Below, piece by piece: positions 14,692 through 28,792 of a DNA stretch of 64,000 nucleotides (position 1 is its first letter; each line of letters starts with the position of its first letter). The notes below the pieces were generated by a model. It searched no databases. It was not told where the DNA came from and saw only the letters and a list, made by a program, of their open reading frames with translations. Source of the DNA: Octopus vulgaris (taxonomy: Eukaryota); NCBI GenBank assembly GCA_951406725.2, contig OX597825.1:14942001-15006000 (forward strand), written 5' to 3'. The position numbers and the translations under genes are program-made.

Positions 14692-15377
14692 GGTTTTGTT
14701 AGGCAGTACCGGTTTTTATAATTCTGTCAATAATAATAATAATAATATTTTATAAGCTTAAAGCTTGTAGCGATCACTGCGCAATGACTAAAGAAAATAG
14801 TCTAATAATAGGGCATATAAGCACTCGAGAGAGAAAAAAGGAAACTTTTCACAAACACTTAGGTCTCGAATTCAGATCTCTCTTAACACAACTGAGTCTG
14901 CTACCGATTACACTAACGAACCTACCTGTTAGTTTCTATGCTTAAGAACTACAATTAAGAACTATAATTAGTTCGTAGTTCTTTTTGTAAACATACTTTC
15001 ATGTGCTTTTTTACTGCGAATGATTGTGTTAAGCAGTGCTGATTTTAACAATTCTGTCAATAATAAAAATAGTATTTTATAAGCTTAAAGCTTATAGCGG
15101 CCACCGCGCAATGACTAAAGAAAATGGCCTAATAATGGGGAATATAAACCTTCGACAGATGAAAATATGTCTTCCCGTACGCGTGGGTATCGAACACACA
15201 ATCCTCTATTTTCGCAACTGAGTGCCCAATCAGATACCAATTATAGTTCTTAAATCTGACAGCAAAAATTAGGTAGGTTCGCAAGTGCAGTTTTTCTGTG
15301 GAGGGCTTATATGCCCCATTATTTGTATAATTTTCTAATTTATTCCGCTGTGATCGCTATATGCTTTAAGCTTATAA
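14692..15377. repeat. Complex repeat: ~330-bp direct duplication plus inverted partial copy
   Basis: ttataagcttaaagctt.tagcg..cgcaatgactaaagaaaat at ~14750 and ~15077; reverse-complement copy ends at 15377. Confidence 0.8.
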
Positions 15378-16506
15378 CATTCTATAACTTAAATATGTAG
15401 TTGAATAATAAAAAGAGATCTTCGTACATTATAATATATTTGAAAAAAATGAGTAGAGATGACATTTTGGGGTGGGTAATTTTTACTTTACTGGTAATGT
15501 TTACAGTTACTCTAATGAGTTTCGAGCTTTTCGATAGCGGCTTTCAAACTGAAATTCTGTAGTTTAGAAGTTTGTTTATATAGGAAAAGATTTTTCTCTC
15601 ACAAGTATACGTATAAAAATGAAAAATAGAAAATAAAAAATAGATATAAAAACTAATAGAAAGGTAATAAAATACACAAAACGTAATACAACTGCATGTG
15701 GGAAAAAGAAGAAAGAAGAAAAAAGTAAAATAGAAATAGGAGAAAGTTAAGAAGATAAAAAACGTAGTTGAAAATGTTAATGAGAAGAGATTAGTCTATC
15801 AGGAATAAAGAAATGGAATAATTTTAAGAGAGTGGTCAGAAATGTTGTTGAGTTCTTCTCAAAAGACGATACATAAAATGTGTACTTACCTTCCACCGTT
15901 TTCTTTTTCCCTTTGTCCTTTTTCTTTTTTTGCCTCTTTCTTCTTTTTTCGCACATTCTGTTTTATTTATTGTTTGCATTATTTGCAATCTAATCAAATA
16001 CCATCGTTGGAATGGGATAAAAGAACCTGTGGAAGACCCAAAGGAAGCAGCCTTTTAGCGAAAATAATAACAGATACGAAATTTTACTGCCATACACAGC
16101 TCAGTTTCTCCTAAGCACGAAGTCTCGGGGAAACATGTGTGAAACACACACGCGAAATCAAAATCAGAAAGTTTACAAATTATAAAATATAAATGGAACA
16201 AAACAGTAATTACATAAATTGATTCATTACGCATACACCAGAATGTCAGCATAATCGTATATAAAATTTGATATCCATAGAACTACACATACTTCCCAAT
16301 GTTTGCACAACTACGTTAAATTTACAGGACTCACATACACGCATATGAAAACACGTGGAACAAACAAAGCAAGGAAAAATAAAATAAAAATACATTTTTA
16401 TTTTTCGAAATGACACAGAGTGAACAATTCATAACTTTAAAAGCACCACAAAAATTGTGCAATTCCTTAATGACATCAGGATGTAATATGGCGTCGATAA
16501 ATGAAC

Positions 16507-18075
16507 AAAAGCCACCTTTATCAAAGGTAAATATCTATTGTTAATCGTGACCGGCAGAATCTCATAAAAGAGTTAGAACCAGCGGAGGGCTACAAATAAC
16601 TAGGGGTATTGGAAAGAGAGGGAGTCAAACATTCAGTGATGAGGAAATGTATCGGAAGAGAATGTTATCGCAGCTTAAGAGCAATACTCAAGACATAGCT
16701 GAATGCAAGAAATAGGATCGAAGCGATCAATACTTTAGCCATACCAGTCGTGACTTACTATTTCAATATCATTAAGTGGTCAGTTACTGAAATATCTAAT
16801 CTTGACAGAAAAATAAAATAATTGTTGAAAAGGCATATAATGAACCACCCCCATATGGCAGATATAGAACGATTTTGCCAAGAACAGAGGGTCGCCGTGA
16901 AAAGTTACAACGAAGGCTGCTACAATTGCCCTAGACACCTACCTAAAAAATGCTGATAACTGGATGTTAAATAGTCTCAAAGCATGAAAACAAGAAGACA
17001 TCGTACTCGATAACAAAACTGGCAACAGAATACCTAAGTGAATTTCAAACACAACAAATTCCAGAATAAGTCGTATTAGAAACAAACACAGAAAAAGCTA
17101 AGCGTATGAAAACCCGTGCTAAAACTGCTACCTTACATATTCTTACTGATAAATGGCAGTAAAGAGCTCCCAATTGTAAATACCCAAAGAGAACTAATAG
17201 TGTCACCAATGGCTAGTGTCTTCTGGCTTAAAATCAGAAACAGAAGGGTTTATCAATGCAGCCCCAATTCAATGCCTAACTACAAGGAACTAACAGTCCA
17301 ACACATTAAAAAACGGTAGTAGCCCAACATGTCGTGTATGTTAACAACAAAATAAAACCATTGATCATGTTGTGTCTATGTGCAGTCTACTTGTGCCTAG
17401 AGATTATCTCAGTAGGCATGATAGAGCTGCACAATATATTCACTGGGTAATTTGCACATACCTGGACCTGCCCCATGATAAAAAGTGGTGGGAACACAAA
17501 CCATCTCCAAAGCTTAAAAACGATCACACCTCACTCCTCTGGTACTTCACCATTCAAAATAACAGAAAGACAGATGGGAATAGGGCAGACATTATATTCA
17601 AACCCTTCAGCTAAAAATCGTGCCTCCTGATTGACATGACAGTTACAAATGACATAAATGTATCTGTGAAGACCTGCCAAAAACTGAACAAGTATAAATA
17701 TCTTGAAATAGACATTCGTAAAATGTGGAACCTCAAGACTAAAACAACACCTTCTGTCATAAGTGCCGTAGGAATGATAGGAGAAGGGGCTAAAATGCTA
17801 CCTAGCTCAGATACCAGGAAACCTCAAAATGTCAGAAATTCAGAAGATAGTGCTCATTGGAACTGCCCATATCCTACGTAAATTACTATCTGTGTAATCT
17901 CAAATTTTAAAACAAACTCATATTTTTCTTGTTTTCTTAATCATACCATAGAACAATAGAATGTACAAAACCAAAATATACGACACCCTAGGCAAAACAC
18001 CAACTTGAACTCCTAACTTATTGTCTCTTGACGTCTATGGGAGAGACTTGCAGCCAACTTGTACAAATACAAAGC
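16507..18075 (+). mobile_element. Decayed R4/Dong-like non-LTR retrotransposon, 3' part (end of RT, CCHC knuckle, restriction-like endonuclease, 3'UTR)
   Basis: IKELEPAEGYK*LG; LNARNRIEAINTLAIPVVTY; SSGLKSETEGFI; CRVC*QQNKTIDHVVSMC (17330-17383); YLSRHDRAAQYIHW; NRADII..LIDM..KLNKYKYLE; IQKIVLIGTAHILRK*; many stops and frameshifts. Confidence 0.88.
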
Positions 18076-18097
18076 AAGAAGAAGAAGAAGAAGAATT

Positions 18098-18292
18098 TTA
18101 ACTTTTGATACCAGGCGAGCAAATTCAGAGATTACGTTGACCCCAAAATGCAGCTGTCAACCCGTGAAGGAACAAGTCTGAAGTCAACCTTAACGCAAAT
18201 CACAATGACCGGACGAAATGCCACTACGCATTTTTGTCCGGCGTACAAAAGATTTTGCCACTTCACCACCTTAATAACAACAACAACAACAA

Positions 18293-18335
<43 letters not shown>

Positions 18336-18425
18336 AATAATCCTTTCTACTATTGGCATAAGCCTCCTTTCTATTAGGTAGACCCTTATGCGCAACTTAA
18401 TTTATCGAACCAGAAAGGATGAAAA
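18098..18425 (-). mobile_element. Two degenerate or partial SINE B copies (18098-18272, 18341-18425) around an (AAT)n/(AAC)n tract
   Basis: aagtcaacct..ggacgaaatgccactacgcattt..ttttgccacttcaccacctt; tcctttctacta..ttaatttatcgaacc.gaaaggatgaaa. Confidence 0.6.
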
Positions 18426-18595
18426 GAAGAAGAAGAAAGAAGAAAGAAGAAGAAGAAGAAGAAGGAGAGGAAGAAGAAAAAGAAGAAGAAGAAGAAGAAG
18501 AAGAAGAAGAAGAAGAAGAAGAACAACAACAACAACAACAAGAACAAGAACAAGAAGAACAAGAACAAAAACAAGAACAAAGAGAACAAGAAATG
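18420..18595. repeat. (GAA)n/(CAA)n/(GAACAA)n purine-rich microsatellite
   Basis: Seen directly. Confidence 0.95.
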
Positions 18596-19262
18596 AAATA
18601 ATATTTGGAATATTAATAATGACAATGTTATTAATATTGTGAAGTAACAAATAAGTAGCTATAAAAATATCGTACATATTTATAAATGGAGACCATAGTA
18701 ATTTTTTTTTTAATCACACCGTTTGAGATATGTTTTAACAAAAGTATCAGCCATTACATCTCAATCAACGGAAGCCTTCAGAGCCTTCTTAAATTTCAAA
18801 TGAAGAACAGGACTAAGATAGCGAATTGATACTATGCATAGATCGGACATTTTTAATTGATTATAAGCGTCACAAATTCAGGCAGAACATTAATCAAATT
18901 GCTCTTCAAATTATTATCTTTCTAAGACTATATTTCGTTCTATATTTTTACCAGATTCTGTACTCATTATGCATACATTTTAAATTTTAATATTTTATTC
19001 TTTTAAATTTGCACCAGTATATTCTGGTGATAAATTGCTTCATTGTGTGCTGATTGAATCAATTTGCCTGTTATTGTTCTTATATACGCCATATCGGTTA
19101 TTTTATGTATTCGTCAATTTAGCTACTGTAATTAAATTATTTTAGATTGAGATTCCAGAAAAAAACAACAACTATATTTAAATTCGTAAGACACACGAAC
19201 TCTTATGAGGCCGCTGTATGTACGCAAACATATATCTATAATCTCTCCCTCTCTCTGTCTCT

Positions 19263-19298
<36 letters not shown>

Positions 19299-20012
19299 AT
19301 ATAGATATATATGTATGCGTCTGTGTGTGTGTGTGTCTTTGTGTGTGTGTGTGTGTCTAAATTTTAAATAATAAGGGTAAAAATTGTATAGTAATTAGAT
19401 TAATATCAATTTAACACCAGTGGTCTAGCATATTGAAAAATCTGAATTTTAAGAAAAAAATATATTATATACATATAAGTGGAGATGACCTGTATGTGGA
19501 CATCCACTATGCTAGAAGAAGATCAGCCATGATCTTACCACTAACAAAGGAATGTTCTCAAGAAAATTTAGCAAACGCCAGAACATTCTATGGTGATAAA
19601 TCAGTTAATGTCGGACTATCTACAAGACTCTCAGCGTACTGGAAACCATATATCCAGCTTTATCTACACATAAGTATAGACTGTAGGGTGTAGGGTTAGT
19701 AGTAAGGGAATGCTTGATGGGGATAATCTTGCAACATCCTGACTAAGATAGAGCAGAGGCAGAGAAGTATGTTGCTCCCTACTAACTATACTGTAAAATG
19801 GATTTTGCACTCCTTCAAATTTAGATGTTGGGCTGAAAACGTCTTATCTTCAAACGTATTAAGGGTATTTAGCTTTCAGTTGCATCTGGCTTTTATAGTG
19901 ACACAACATAGCGTCAGGTTTATCTCGAATCTCAAGTGTTTGAATGCCATTCAACACAAAATGGCATCTTTCATGAAGTTCCATTCATTGAAAGAGGGGG
20001 TGAAGAATTTAT

Positions 20013-20418
20013 TCTTTTACTCTTTTTACTTGTTTCAGTCATTTGACTGCGGCCATGCTGGAGCACCGCCTTTAATCGAGCAAATCGACCCCGGGACTAA
20101 TTCTTTTGTAAGCCCAGTACTTATTCTATCGGTCTCTTTTGCTGAACCGCTAAGTAACGGGGACATAAACACACCAGCATCGGTTGTCAAGCAATGCTAG
20201 GGGGACAAATACAGACACACAAACACACATACATATATATATATATATATACATATATACGACTGGCTTCTTTCAGTTTCCGTCTACCAAATCCACTCAC
20301 AAGGCATTGGTCTGCCCGGGGCTATAGCAGAAGACACTTGCCCAAGATGCCACGCAGTGGGACTGAACCCGGAAACATGTGCTTGGTAAACAAGCTACTT
20401 ACCACACAGCCACTCCTG
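20013..20418 (-). mobile_element. SINE family A, near full length
   Basis: cttttactctttttacttgtttcagtcatttgactgcggccatgctggagcaccgcc..accacacagccactcctg. Confidence 0.92.
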
Positions 20419-21651
20419 ACAATGTTGGTTTAAAAGGAATTAAGCATAATATGTCTTTGGTACTTCCACTGACCGATCCCAGCGAGTGTAAATGTTTACT
20501 GATAGTTTCAGTTATATAATGTGTGTGGATTTGCGTCTGTAAAGGATGGTACCACAAGCAAGAATATCAGCAAAAAATATATACCTACATGAGTTGAGTT
20601 TTGGACAACTAATAAAAAGAGCAAATGTCCCTGTAGTGATCGATGTGTGCCCAATATATTTTATATATGTGTAAAAGAGGCAACATTGGACTTTTCCCCA
20701 CTGCCGATGATTTCATGTTAACCGTTCGACTAGATATGTTAACCCGCTATATAGAAGATGTTGAAGATGTTTAATGTAATAACAACTTCATGGAAACTAC
20801 TGTCTACTGTAGTGGATTCATATCTGTTTGCTTGGAGGCAAAGGGCATACCGCACACTAGATCATGTTGCTACACCTTTGGGCGAAACATGTGTCGTATA
20901 TCTAGGCACGCCATTGCACTTTCTGAGTTGAAAACAACAGCGGATAAATACAATAAGAGACAAATACTGATTAATTTCTAACTCAATTTGCTTTCTCCTA
21001 CCGATGCTACAAGACAGTAATATATAAAACTTTACGTTATGTTTAAATGTTTGCATCTAAGAAAGTTTTCTGCCGCAAATATTTCTTTTTTATATATGAT
21101 ATAATCGCGGATACACTTAACGTTATATTTTTCAACAGTTGTATAATTATTACAGTCATTTTTATCAAAATATTATTCAATACTACCGTCTCAATGGATT
21201 TTCTTGTCTGTCTTATAATACATCTAATTCATATTCAGCAGCAGAACAAGCACAAAACACCTGATCGGTTTCGTTTTTATGTATTAGAAAAGCGTCACTT
21301 TAACTGAACTAAATTGTTTTTTTCTCTCATGACAATAATATATACCTTAGTCTGTCTACGCAATCGTTTATTTATTTGTCACTGATATCGAGTAATCTTA
21401 ACGTCTCAGTATACGATTCTAGTATACAATATTATTTTTCTTTCTGTACTTGCCTCGCCCTCCTTAATACTTCCTCATCACTAAAGTTCAAATTACAAGC
21501 TTTGAAAAGTATCTTGCACGTATCCAACTATATTATGAAAAATGTGGGTTCTGTCCTTATTCTAGCATGTCTTAGATTGTTTATGCTTATTCTGAAACAG
21601 CCTGATGTTTACCTAGAATACGCAAGAAAGTTATAGACACAAGTATGCGTA

Positions 21652-21746
<95 letters not shown>

Positions 21747-22230
21747 TACTTATGGTATCATAAGCAAGTATATAAACAAAGAATATATACCTTCATCAGT
21801 ATACTTGCTTATGATACCATATTGTTGTTTACGATAGCATCAGTGACTTAGAATGCGCCAAAAACTATACTTGACTAAGTTGTTATGGTGTAACAGCCCC
21901 TACTGTTTGTTTTCACTGTCCTGTTTTTGTTACCAACTTTGACCATCCGCAAATCCCAAATTTTACTTTGCTTTGCGGGAGAAACTCTTTCCTCTAAGAT
22001 ATATCTTGTCGTAATTGATCGAAACGTGGAGTAGACAAACAGCGGACAACTGACAAAGGGTCGTTCTTTATGCTACTAGTCTCGTCTTCCATTTATTTTA
22101 TCAGTTGTTCGCAAACAAGTTCGTATTCCATGTTTCCGTATTCATGTCGTTTACGATTTTTGACGTCATGCACCTTTATATGCATATGTATATTCATACA
22201 TATGTATGTATAAATGCATATATACATATT

Positions 22231-22315
<85 letters not shown>

Positions 22316-23312
22316 CATATGAATACCTGGTTTCCAACGTTTCATTTGTCCATGATCCATTACGCCTATGGTATGGGCAGATACCTAGAAGAACATTCAT
22401 GTGGCTCATTTAAAGACTACTCAAGTACATATTAGTTTCTCCTATTTTTCCAGTTAGTTATCATAATTCTCTGAAGATACCTATCTTGAAATCTGCAATT
22501 TTATCCTCTCGTCATTTTTATAGAACTGTTTTCATATACACAGTTTAGTAATATCAATGTATGCTGACATTAAAATTTGGTCATCTTTTTGACGGAGGTA
22601 AAGGCAAGGTTTTGCTACTGACAGTCACATTTTCGAACCACGTCTTTGTTATGTTATTCAGGTACGATAATTATTTCAAATAGGAGAACTGATAAACTAC
22701 TTTCACCATTTGACATCCATTGATAACTGGATTATATCTTTATATTTTCCTTCCTAATCGTTGATTCAGTTTAGTTGCAAATAGAGAATAAACTATAAAC
22801 TCCATAGCTTACACATTTTAATCATCTTAAATATCGTTATCTTGTTATAACACAGTATAATGTTACTCTTATTTAATTAAGAGCTAGCAACTTCAATATA
22901 AATAATCAATTTCGCAGCAATTCTTTTACAGACTTTAAATTACCCATAAAAATATTTCTTGTACTTTTCTCAAAAGACGATTTATGCATCGACTTAAAAC
23001 AGAAAGATGTCGAATCTGTCCTACCTCTCCAAACACTCGTTACGTACCAGATAGAAGAAGCTGTTATCATTTTACCATACCCTACACAGATAAAGGGGGC
23101 AGTTAGAGGTTCAATAAGGAGAAGTGAAGTGCTGTCCATCCTTATTTAATATATACAATCAATATATGATGTTAGAAAATACGAAGTGAAATTTCGGACT
23201 GTGAGCATTTTTCCCTTCAAATCGGAATAACTATACTGTGGTTCTATCATATACACTATTTTCTATTTTTGTGGCTGTAAAGAACTTATTACACACACTT
23301 GGGTGAATGAAC

Positions 23313-23382
<70 letters not shown>

Positions 23383-23855
23383 TATCATATCATATCAATA
23401 TGATTCAGTTGAGTTAGGTACTTAAATTGAAGCTCCTTGTTAGGTCGTAATAATATACACAGACAGCAATATTAGGTAAATACCAAACTTGATACGTATG
23501 TACTGGCCGAAAGATATTCTTGCAGCATATGTAGGCAATTTGACCTAGCTGAGAGAAGAAATTTGCTCTTTAGCTATTCAAACATGTACACCATATTAAA
23601 TATACAATCCCTAATATTCACGAAGGGCAGATTGCGAGAGAAGTAAATAAAATACAAGCAACTAACAGCATAACTACAAGTGTCAATGCATTACGGCTCT
23701 TTCTAACAACTCCTTTAATTCCTTAATGAAAACATTACATCATTGCAAAGAAACTGTTGTTGTCAAATGAATTCATGTAATGTTTTCTTTAATCAATTAA
23801 AGGAGTCTTTAGAAACGGCCGTAATTTATTGACAACTGTACCTCTACCGCTATTC

Positions 23856-23920
<65 letters not shown>

Positions 23921-24090
23921 AATGATTTTGGGCGTGTGTGTTTACGTATATGTATGGAAAAGCATACAAATATGAACTCACATGCAAGATACAAACTTAT
24001 AATACATACATCCGTACCTATATACATGAACTACATGAACATTCTTCTATGCATAAGCATATCTAAATATGTAAAGTGGAATTTTCTTTG

Positions 24091-24123
<33 letters not shown>

Positions 24124-24269
24124 CGCATACATCCATGCTCACACATATTTCTAAATATATGTATATATATATATATGTATAAACGTTCATATAAATACAA
24201 CATATACAATGCATATATACTTATGTCTAAATAGTTGGTAACTATCAATGCTGCAGAAACGAATTAGTG

Positions 24270-24365
24270 GCGTATATATATATATGCATATATACATATA
24301 CATATGGATATATATATATGTACATACACATATATGTATATATGCATATATATATGTACATACAC

Positions 24366-24397
<32 letters not shown>

Positions 24398-24519
24398 GCA
24401 TATATACATATACATGTATATATATATATATATATATATGCATATATACATATACATATGGATATATATATATGTACATACACATATATGTATATATGCA
24501 TATATATATGTACATACAC

Positions 24520-24574
<55 letters not shown>

Positions 24575-24585
24575 TTATATATATC
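24270..24585. repeat. TA-derived minisatellite with ~154-bp higher-order duplication
   Basis: catatggatatatatatatgtacatacacatatatg at 24301 and 24455. Confidence 0.85.
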
Positions 24586-25552
24586 AGGATATTTCGTGAA
24601 ATTGAATTTCATAGACTAAAAATTATAAACGCGTTACGTGTTACCAAAATTATAACTTGATAAAAATAATTGTGAAAAAAGAACAATAAGATGTAGGTTT
24701 ATCTTTAGTAGGTACGTGAATATATATTTTTGTCGAAAATATTATCTCAAAGACATTTTCCTCTTCTCGAGACAAATATAATGAAATTATTGCATTATTC
24801 CTTTCACTAAGATTTTTAAAATAGAAGGGAAAATGTTAGAAATATGCTACGCTGATTTTAGTTACTGAAAGGCTGTAAATGCTTTTAAAAATAAATATCT
24901 TTTTTTTCCAGTTGTTGTTGTTTTTAAGTAGATAAAATGATGATATTACGGTTTATATTCTTCTCTATCTATATAAACTATAAAGAATGGATGATATACC
25001 CTTTAAAATAGTGTGGTGTAAAAATATATGATAATAAAGCAGTAATCTGCTCACACACACACACCTCCATATGTTCGTGCAGACAAGAAGTGCAGAAGTG
25101 CAGAACAAACTGCATAAATAAATCAATAGGGAAAACTGTAATATAAAGGAAAAATATAACAAGCATTATTAAGCGAAAATAAAACGAAAAAAGATTTGCT
25201 TATAAAGAGAAACCGAGATTAGATTACCAGCATAAAATCCAAAAAATGTAATTTATAATATTGTAATAACCTAAATGAAAATATGAAACTGTGTAAAACT
25301 ACAAAGAACTGTATTCTAGTTTCCTGGAAAATACCTGAAGCAATCTATGTTTTATGTTTTTTTTGTTAATCTATTTCTATTCGGGATATATATTTCTTGA
25401 ACTCTATCTTTGCACTAGTTCTCGTGTTGCTATATGATCTTTTGCATTTTATATAGAAAATAAATTTATGTACTTTGTACGCAGAAAAGCCGGATATAAT
25501 TACATAGAAATTTATTTGATTGGTTTTTCATTATTATATATTGCCTAAAGAT

Positions 25553-25783
25553 AAGGCGGCGAGCTGGCAGACATGTTAGCATGCCGGGCGAAATGCTTAG
25601 CCGTATTTCGTCTGCCGTTACGTTCTGAGTTCAAATTCCGCCGTGGTTGACTTTGCCTTTCATCTTTTCGGGGTCGATAAATCAAGTAGCAGTTACGCAC
25701 AGGGGTCGATGTAATCGACTTAATCCCTTTGTCTTTCCTTGTTTGTCCCCTCAGTGTTTAGCCCCTTGTGGATAGTAAAGAAA
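25553..25783 (+). mobile_element. SINE family B, full length with 18-bp TSD
   Basis: TSD tatatatt(g/a)cctaaagat at 25535-25552 and 25784-25801. Confidence 0.93.
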
Positions 25784-25801
25784 TATATATTACCTAAAGA
25801 T

Positions 25802-26345
25802 GGCGACGGCGGCATATCATCAGTGTTTACGTTCTGAGTTCAAATTGTGACGAGGGCGATTTCGCCTTTGATCATACAATTTGCGTTGTTGGGATCGATA
25901 TAATCGAATTATCTCCTACCAGGAAATTCCTGGCCGTGTGTCAATATTTGAAACCATTATGTATTTCGTTTAACGTCGGCGAATCTCCTTAATGTATCCT
26001 AGGACTATTTAAGGCGGCGAACTGGCAGTATCGTTAGCACGCCAGGCAAAATACCTGGTGGCATTTCACGCGTCATTTCGTTCTAAGTTCAGTTTCCGTC
26101 GAAGTCACCTCTGCTTTTCATTCTTTCGATATCGATTAAATAAGTACCAGTTGAGCATTGGCCTTAAGTTGTGAGTTAAAATTCCGCCGAAGTCAAATTT
26201 GCCTTTCATCCCGTCGGGGTCGATAACTTAAATACCAGTTACGCACTGGGGTCGATGTGATCGACTTAATCCATTTGTCTGTCCTTGTTTGTCACCTCTA
26301 TGTTTAGCCCCCAGTGGGCAATAAAGAAAATAAGATTTGAAACTA
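25802..26345 (+). mobile_element. Cluster of further SINE B units (old copy 25802-25957; composite 26011-26332)
   Basis: ttacgttctgagttcaaatt core repeated; aaggcggcgaactggcag head at 26011; second core and tail at ~26168-26332. Confidence 0.8.
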
Positions 26346-26439
26346 ATATATCATATTGCTAATTATAAAGGAGACGAACGTATGTTTAATGCACTCGAGA
26401 ACCAACTTTAGAGAGGGGGATTCTTCACAAGACATAGCT

Positions 26440-27420
26440 TTCAGCATTTAGAAGCCACATCATAAACCAAATATAAAACGTACTCTTATGCACAAACAGT
26501 TTGGTCGCCTTCTGTCATCTTTAAAAGTCTTAAACAATAATAATAGGATTTCTAGTCTCGCCTCTTCTAAAAAACTTTCTAGTTTTTTAACGGTTACTCA
26601 GCATACTGTACTGATGCTTTATTGCAGAGAGTGTATGGTGAGAAATTATATTATGCACATAATGTTAAAGTTAAACAGCAAGTTAATAATCAGATTTATA
26701 TTCCGAGTAACATTAACACGACTCCTGACGATAAATTTAAAAGCTCTATGCTTACCTTATAAATTATCTTTTCTGGCATATGCTAAATGGCTACGCAACT
26801 ATAATGCTACTAAAATGAAACGAAATCATGAATTAACCTCATAATATGCATAGATACAAACCTTCACTGACACTACAAATTAAGTCTTCCACATATCAAA
26901 ATAATACTAGCGCTTTCTGACTAAACTTATTAGCGCCACTATAGATAATGACTATATTTCAGGGGATTACTAACATAATATCACATGCAATAGAAAAAAG
27001 AAAAAAAACTAGTAATCAAAATACCTGTTGTATTCGCATACACAGGAAATATCAGCCTTTGTGGTAATCCAATATTTAAAGGTAATAAAAATCCCTGTGG
27101 TGTCTCAGATATCGATAGTGGTAAACATAATTCTCAATCTACACACTCCAAATATACATCTCTCTAATTCATGTAAAAACGTAAGGCATGGTTCTTCGAT
27201 CATTCATAACGATGTCCTATATTTCAAGCGTCCCGAGACAGAAAACGGGATAAAACTTGGTATAATGTTCCATTTGAACTATCAGCTCAAAGCAAAACTC
27301 CTCACATATCCTTTAAAATTAAGGCCTATTTCCCACCAAAACATCACCTCTACGGCATATCCAACAAAGTTACTCGGACACTTTCTTCTATACACTTAAT
27401 TTCACAACAATTACAATCGT
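26440..27420 (+). mobile_element. Highly decayed Penelope-like element (RT C-terminal and linker region)
   Basis: KPHHKPN..NNRISSLASSKK (~26453-26575) and WYNVPF..YFPPKHHLYGISNKVT (~27258-27375) resemble PLE motifs YKPYxKPN..RLSxLSS and WFNPPY..HFPxxHxLxKIFN; recognised by eye only. Confidence 0.45.
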
Positions 27421-27483
27421 TCAAAATTAAAGTTTCACGATATTTTCAAACAGAAATAATCACTTTAATACTTACCGACCCTC

Positions 27484-27534
<51 letters not shown>

Positions 27535-27674
27535 TCGTCTCTTTTATTAGATAGCTAAACTTTTAGCAGTCTAATATTAATGGTTACAATAACATATTTA
27601 CAATAATAGGGTTTATGGAATTTTATTTTTTTTTAAAGATTTTAAAAAATAGATATTTTAATTTGGATCATTAC

Positions 27675-28034
27675 GCGCACAGGGGCTAGACCAGCGGGCC
27701 CGCTGTCATAGGATCGCGGTTTCGATTCCCAGAGCGGCCGTTGTGAGTGCTTTTTGAGTGAAACTACTTGAAGCTCCACGACGTTCCGGCAGTGGGGTGG
27801 CGAACCCTGCTGTAGTCTTTCACCACAAATTTCTCTCACTCTTTCTTTCTGTTTCTGTTGTACCTGGATTTCAGCCTTATCAAACTCCCTGTCTCTCTGA
27901 ATCTTCCCGAGAACTACGTTAAGGGTACAGATGTCTGTGGAGTGCTTAGCCACTAGCACGTTAATTTCACGAGCAGGCTGCTTCATTGGTCAGATCAGCT
28001 GCAACCCTCGTCGTCGTAACCGATAGAATGCCAC
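27675..28034 (+). mobile_element. SINE family E (own head and body, tail shared with family D)
   Basis: B-box-like ggtttcgattccc; tail ctgaatct.cc.gagaactacgttaagggtac..ccctcgtcgtcgtaaccga as at 44150-44277. Confidence 0.75.
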
Positions 28035-28191
28035 GACGACACGCACACGTGTTTATATAACTTTTCAGATATATGTAATTTAATGCGCTTTTATGTTCCT
28101 GCTTATATTTATATGAATATAATGATATAGGTCTATAGTTACATATTTGTTTATAAGATTTAAGTTATATGGGAATTATGGTGAGTGTGCT

Positions 28192-28309
28192 CTCTTTTTA
28201 CTCTTTTACTTGTTTCAGTCATTTGACTGCGGCCATGCTGGAGCACCGCCTTTAGTCGATCAAACATCGGTTGTCAAGCAATGCTAGGGGGACAAACACA
28301 GACACACAA

Positions 28310-28340
<31 letters not shown>

Positions 28341-28498
28341 CAACAGGCTTCTTTCAGTTTCCGTCTACCAAATCCACTCACAAGGCATTGGTCAGCCCGG
28401 GGCTATATCAGAAGACACTTGCCCAAGATGCCACGCAGTGGGACTGAACCCGCAACCATGTGGTTGGTTAGCAAGCTACTTACCGCACAGCCACTGCT
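28192..28498 (-). mobile_element. SINE family A with internal deletion
   Basis: cctttagtcgatcaaa joined directly to catcggttgtcaagcaatgc. Confidence 0.9.
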
Positions 28499-28617
28499 GA
28501 ATTCTGTGTACATGTCTGTGCCTAAATGTTCCCAAATGAATATATATATATATATATGTAATTTTTCGTGTTTGGATTTGGTTTGCAAGATGCTATATGT
28601 GAGTTCTTGTGTTGAAT

Positions 28618-28792
28618 CATATTCTGTTGTGTCTGGGGAGAGTCATTTTCCTTTTGTGCCTTACAATGTAACACACACACCGGTAAAATTTAGGAAAATA
28701 AAAATAAGAAATAAGTGGAAATTTTACCGGTGAGTAAATTTTACATTATAAGGCACAAAAAATATGACTCTCCCCAGACACAACAGAATATG
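28618..28792. repeat. Inverted repeat, ~74-bp arms
   Basis: catattctgttgtgtctggggagagtcat..accggtaaaattt versus aaattttaccggt..atgactctccccagacacaacagaatatg. Confidence 0.92.

Noticed and set aside
21985-22060. Fourth hammerhead-like motif (..gatcgaaacgt)
   Set aside because: No credible CUGANGA core or stems in this copy
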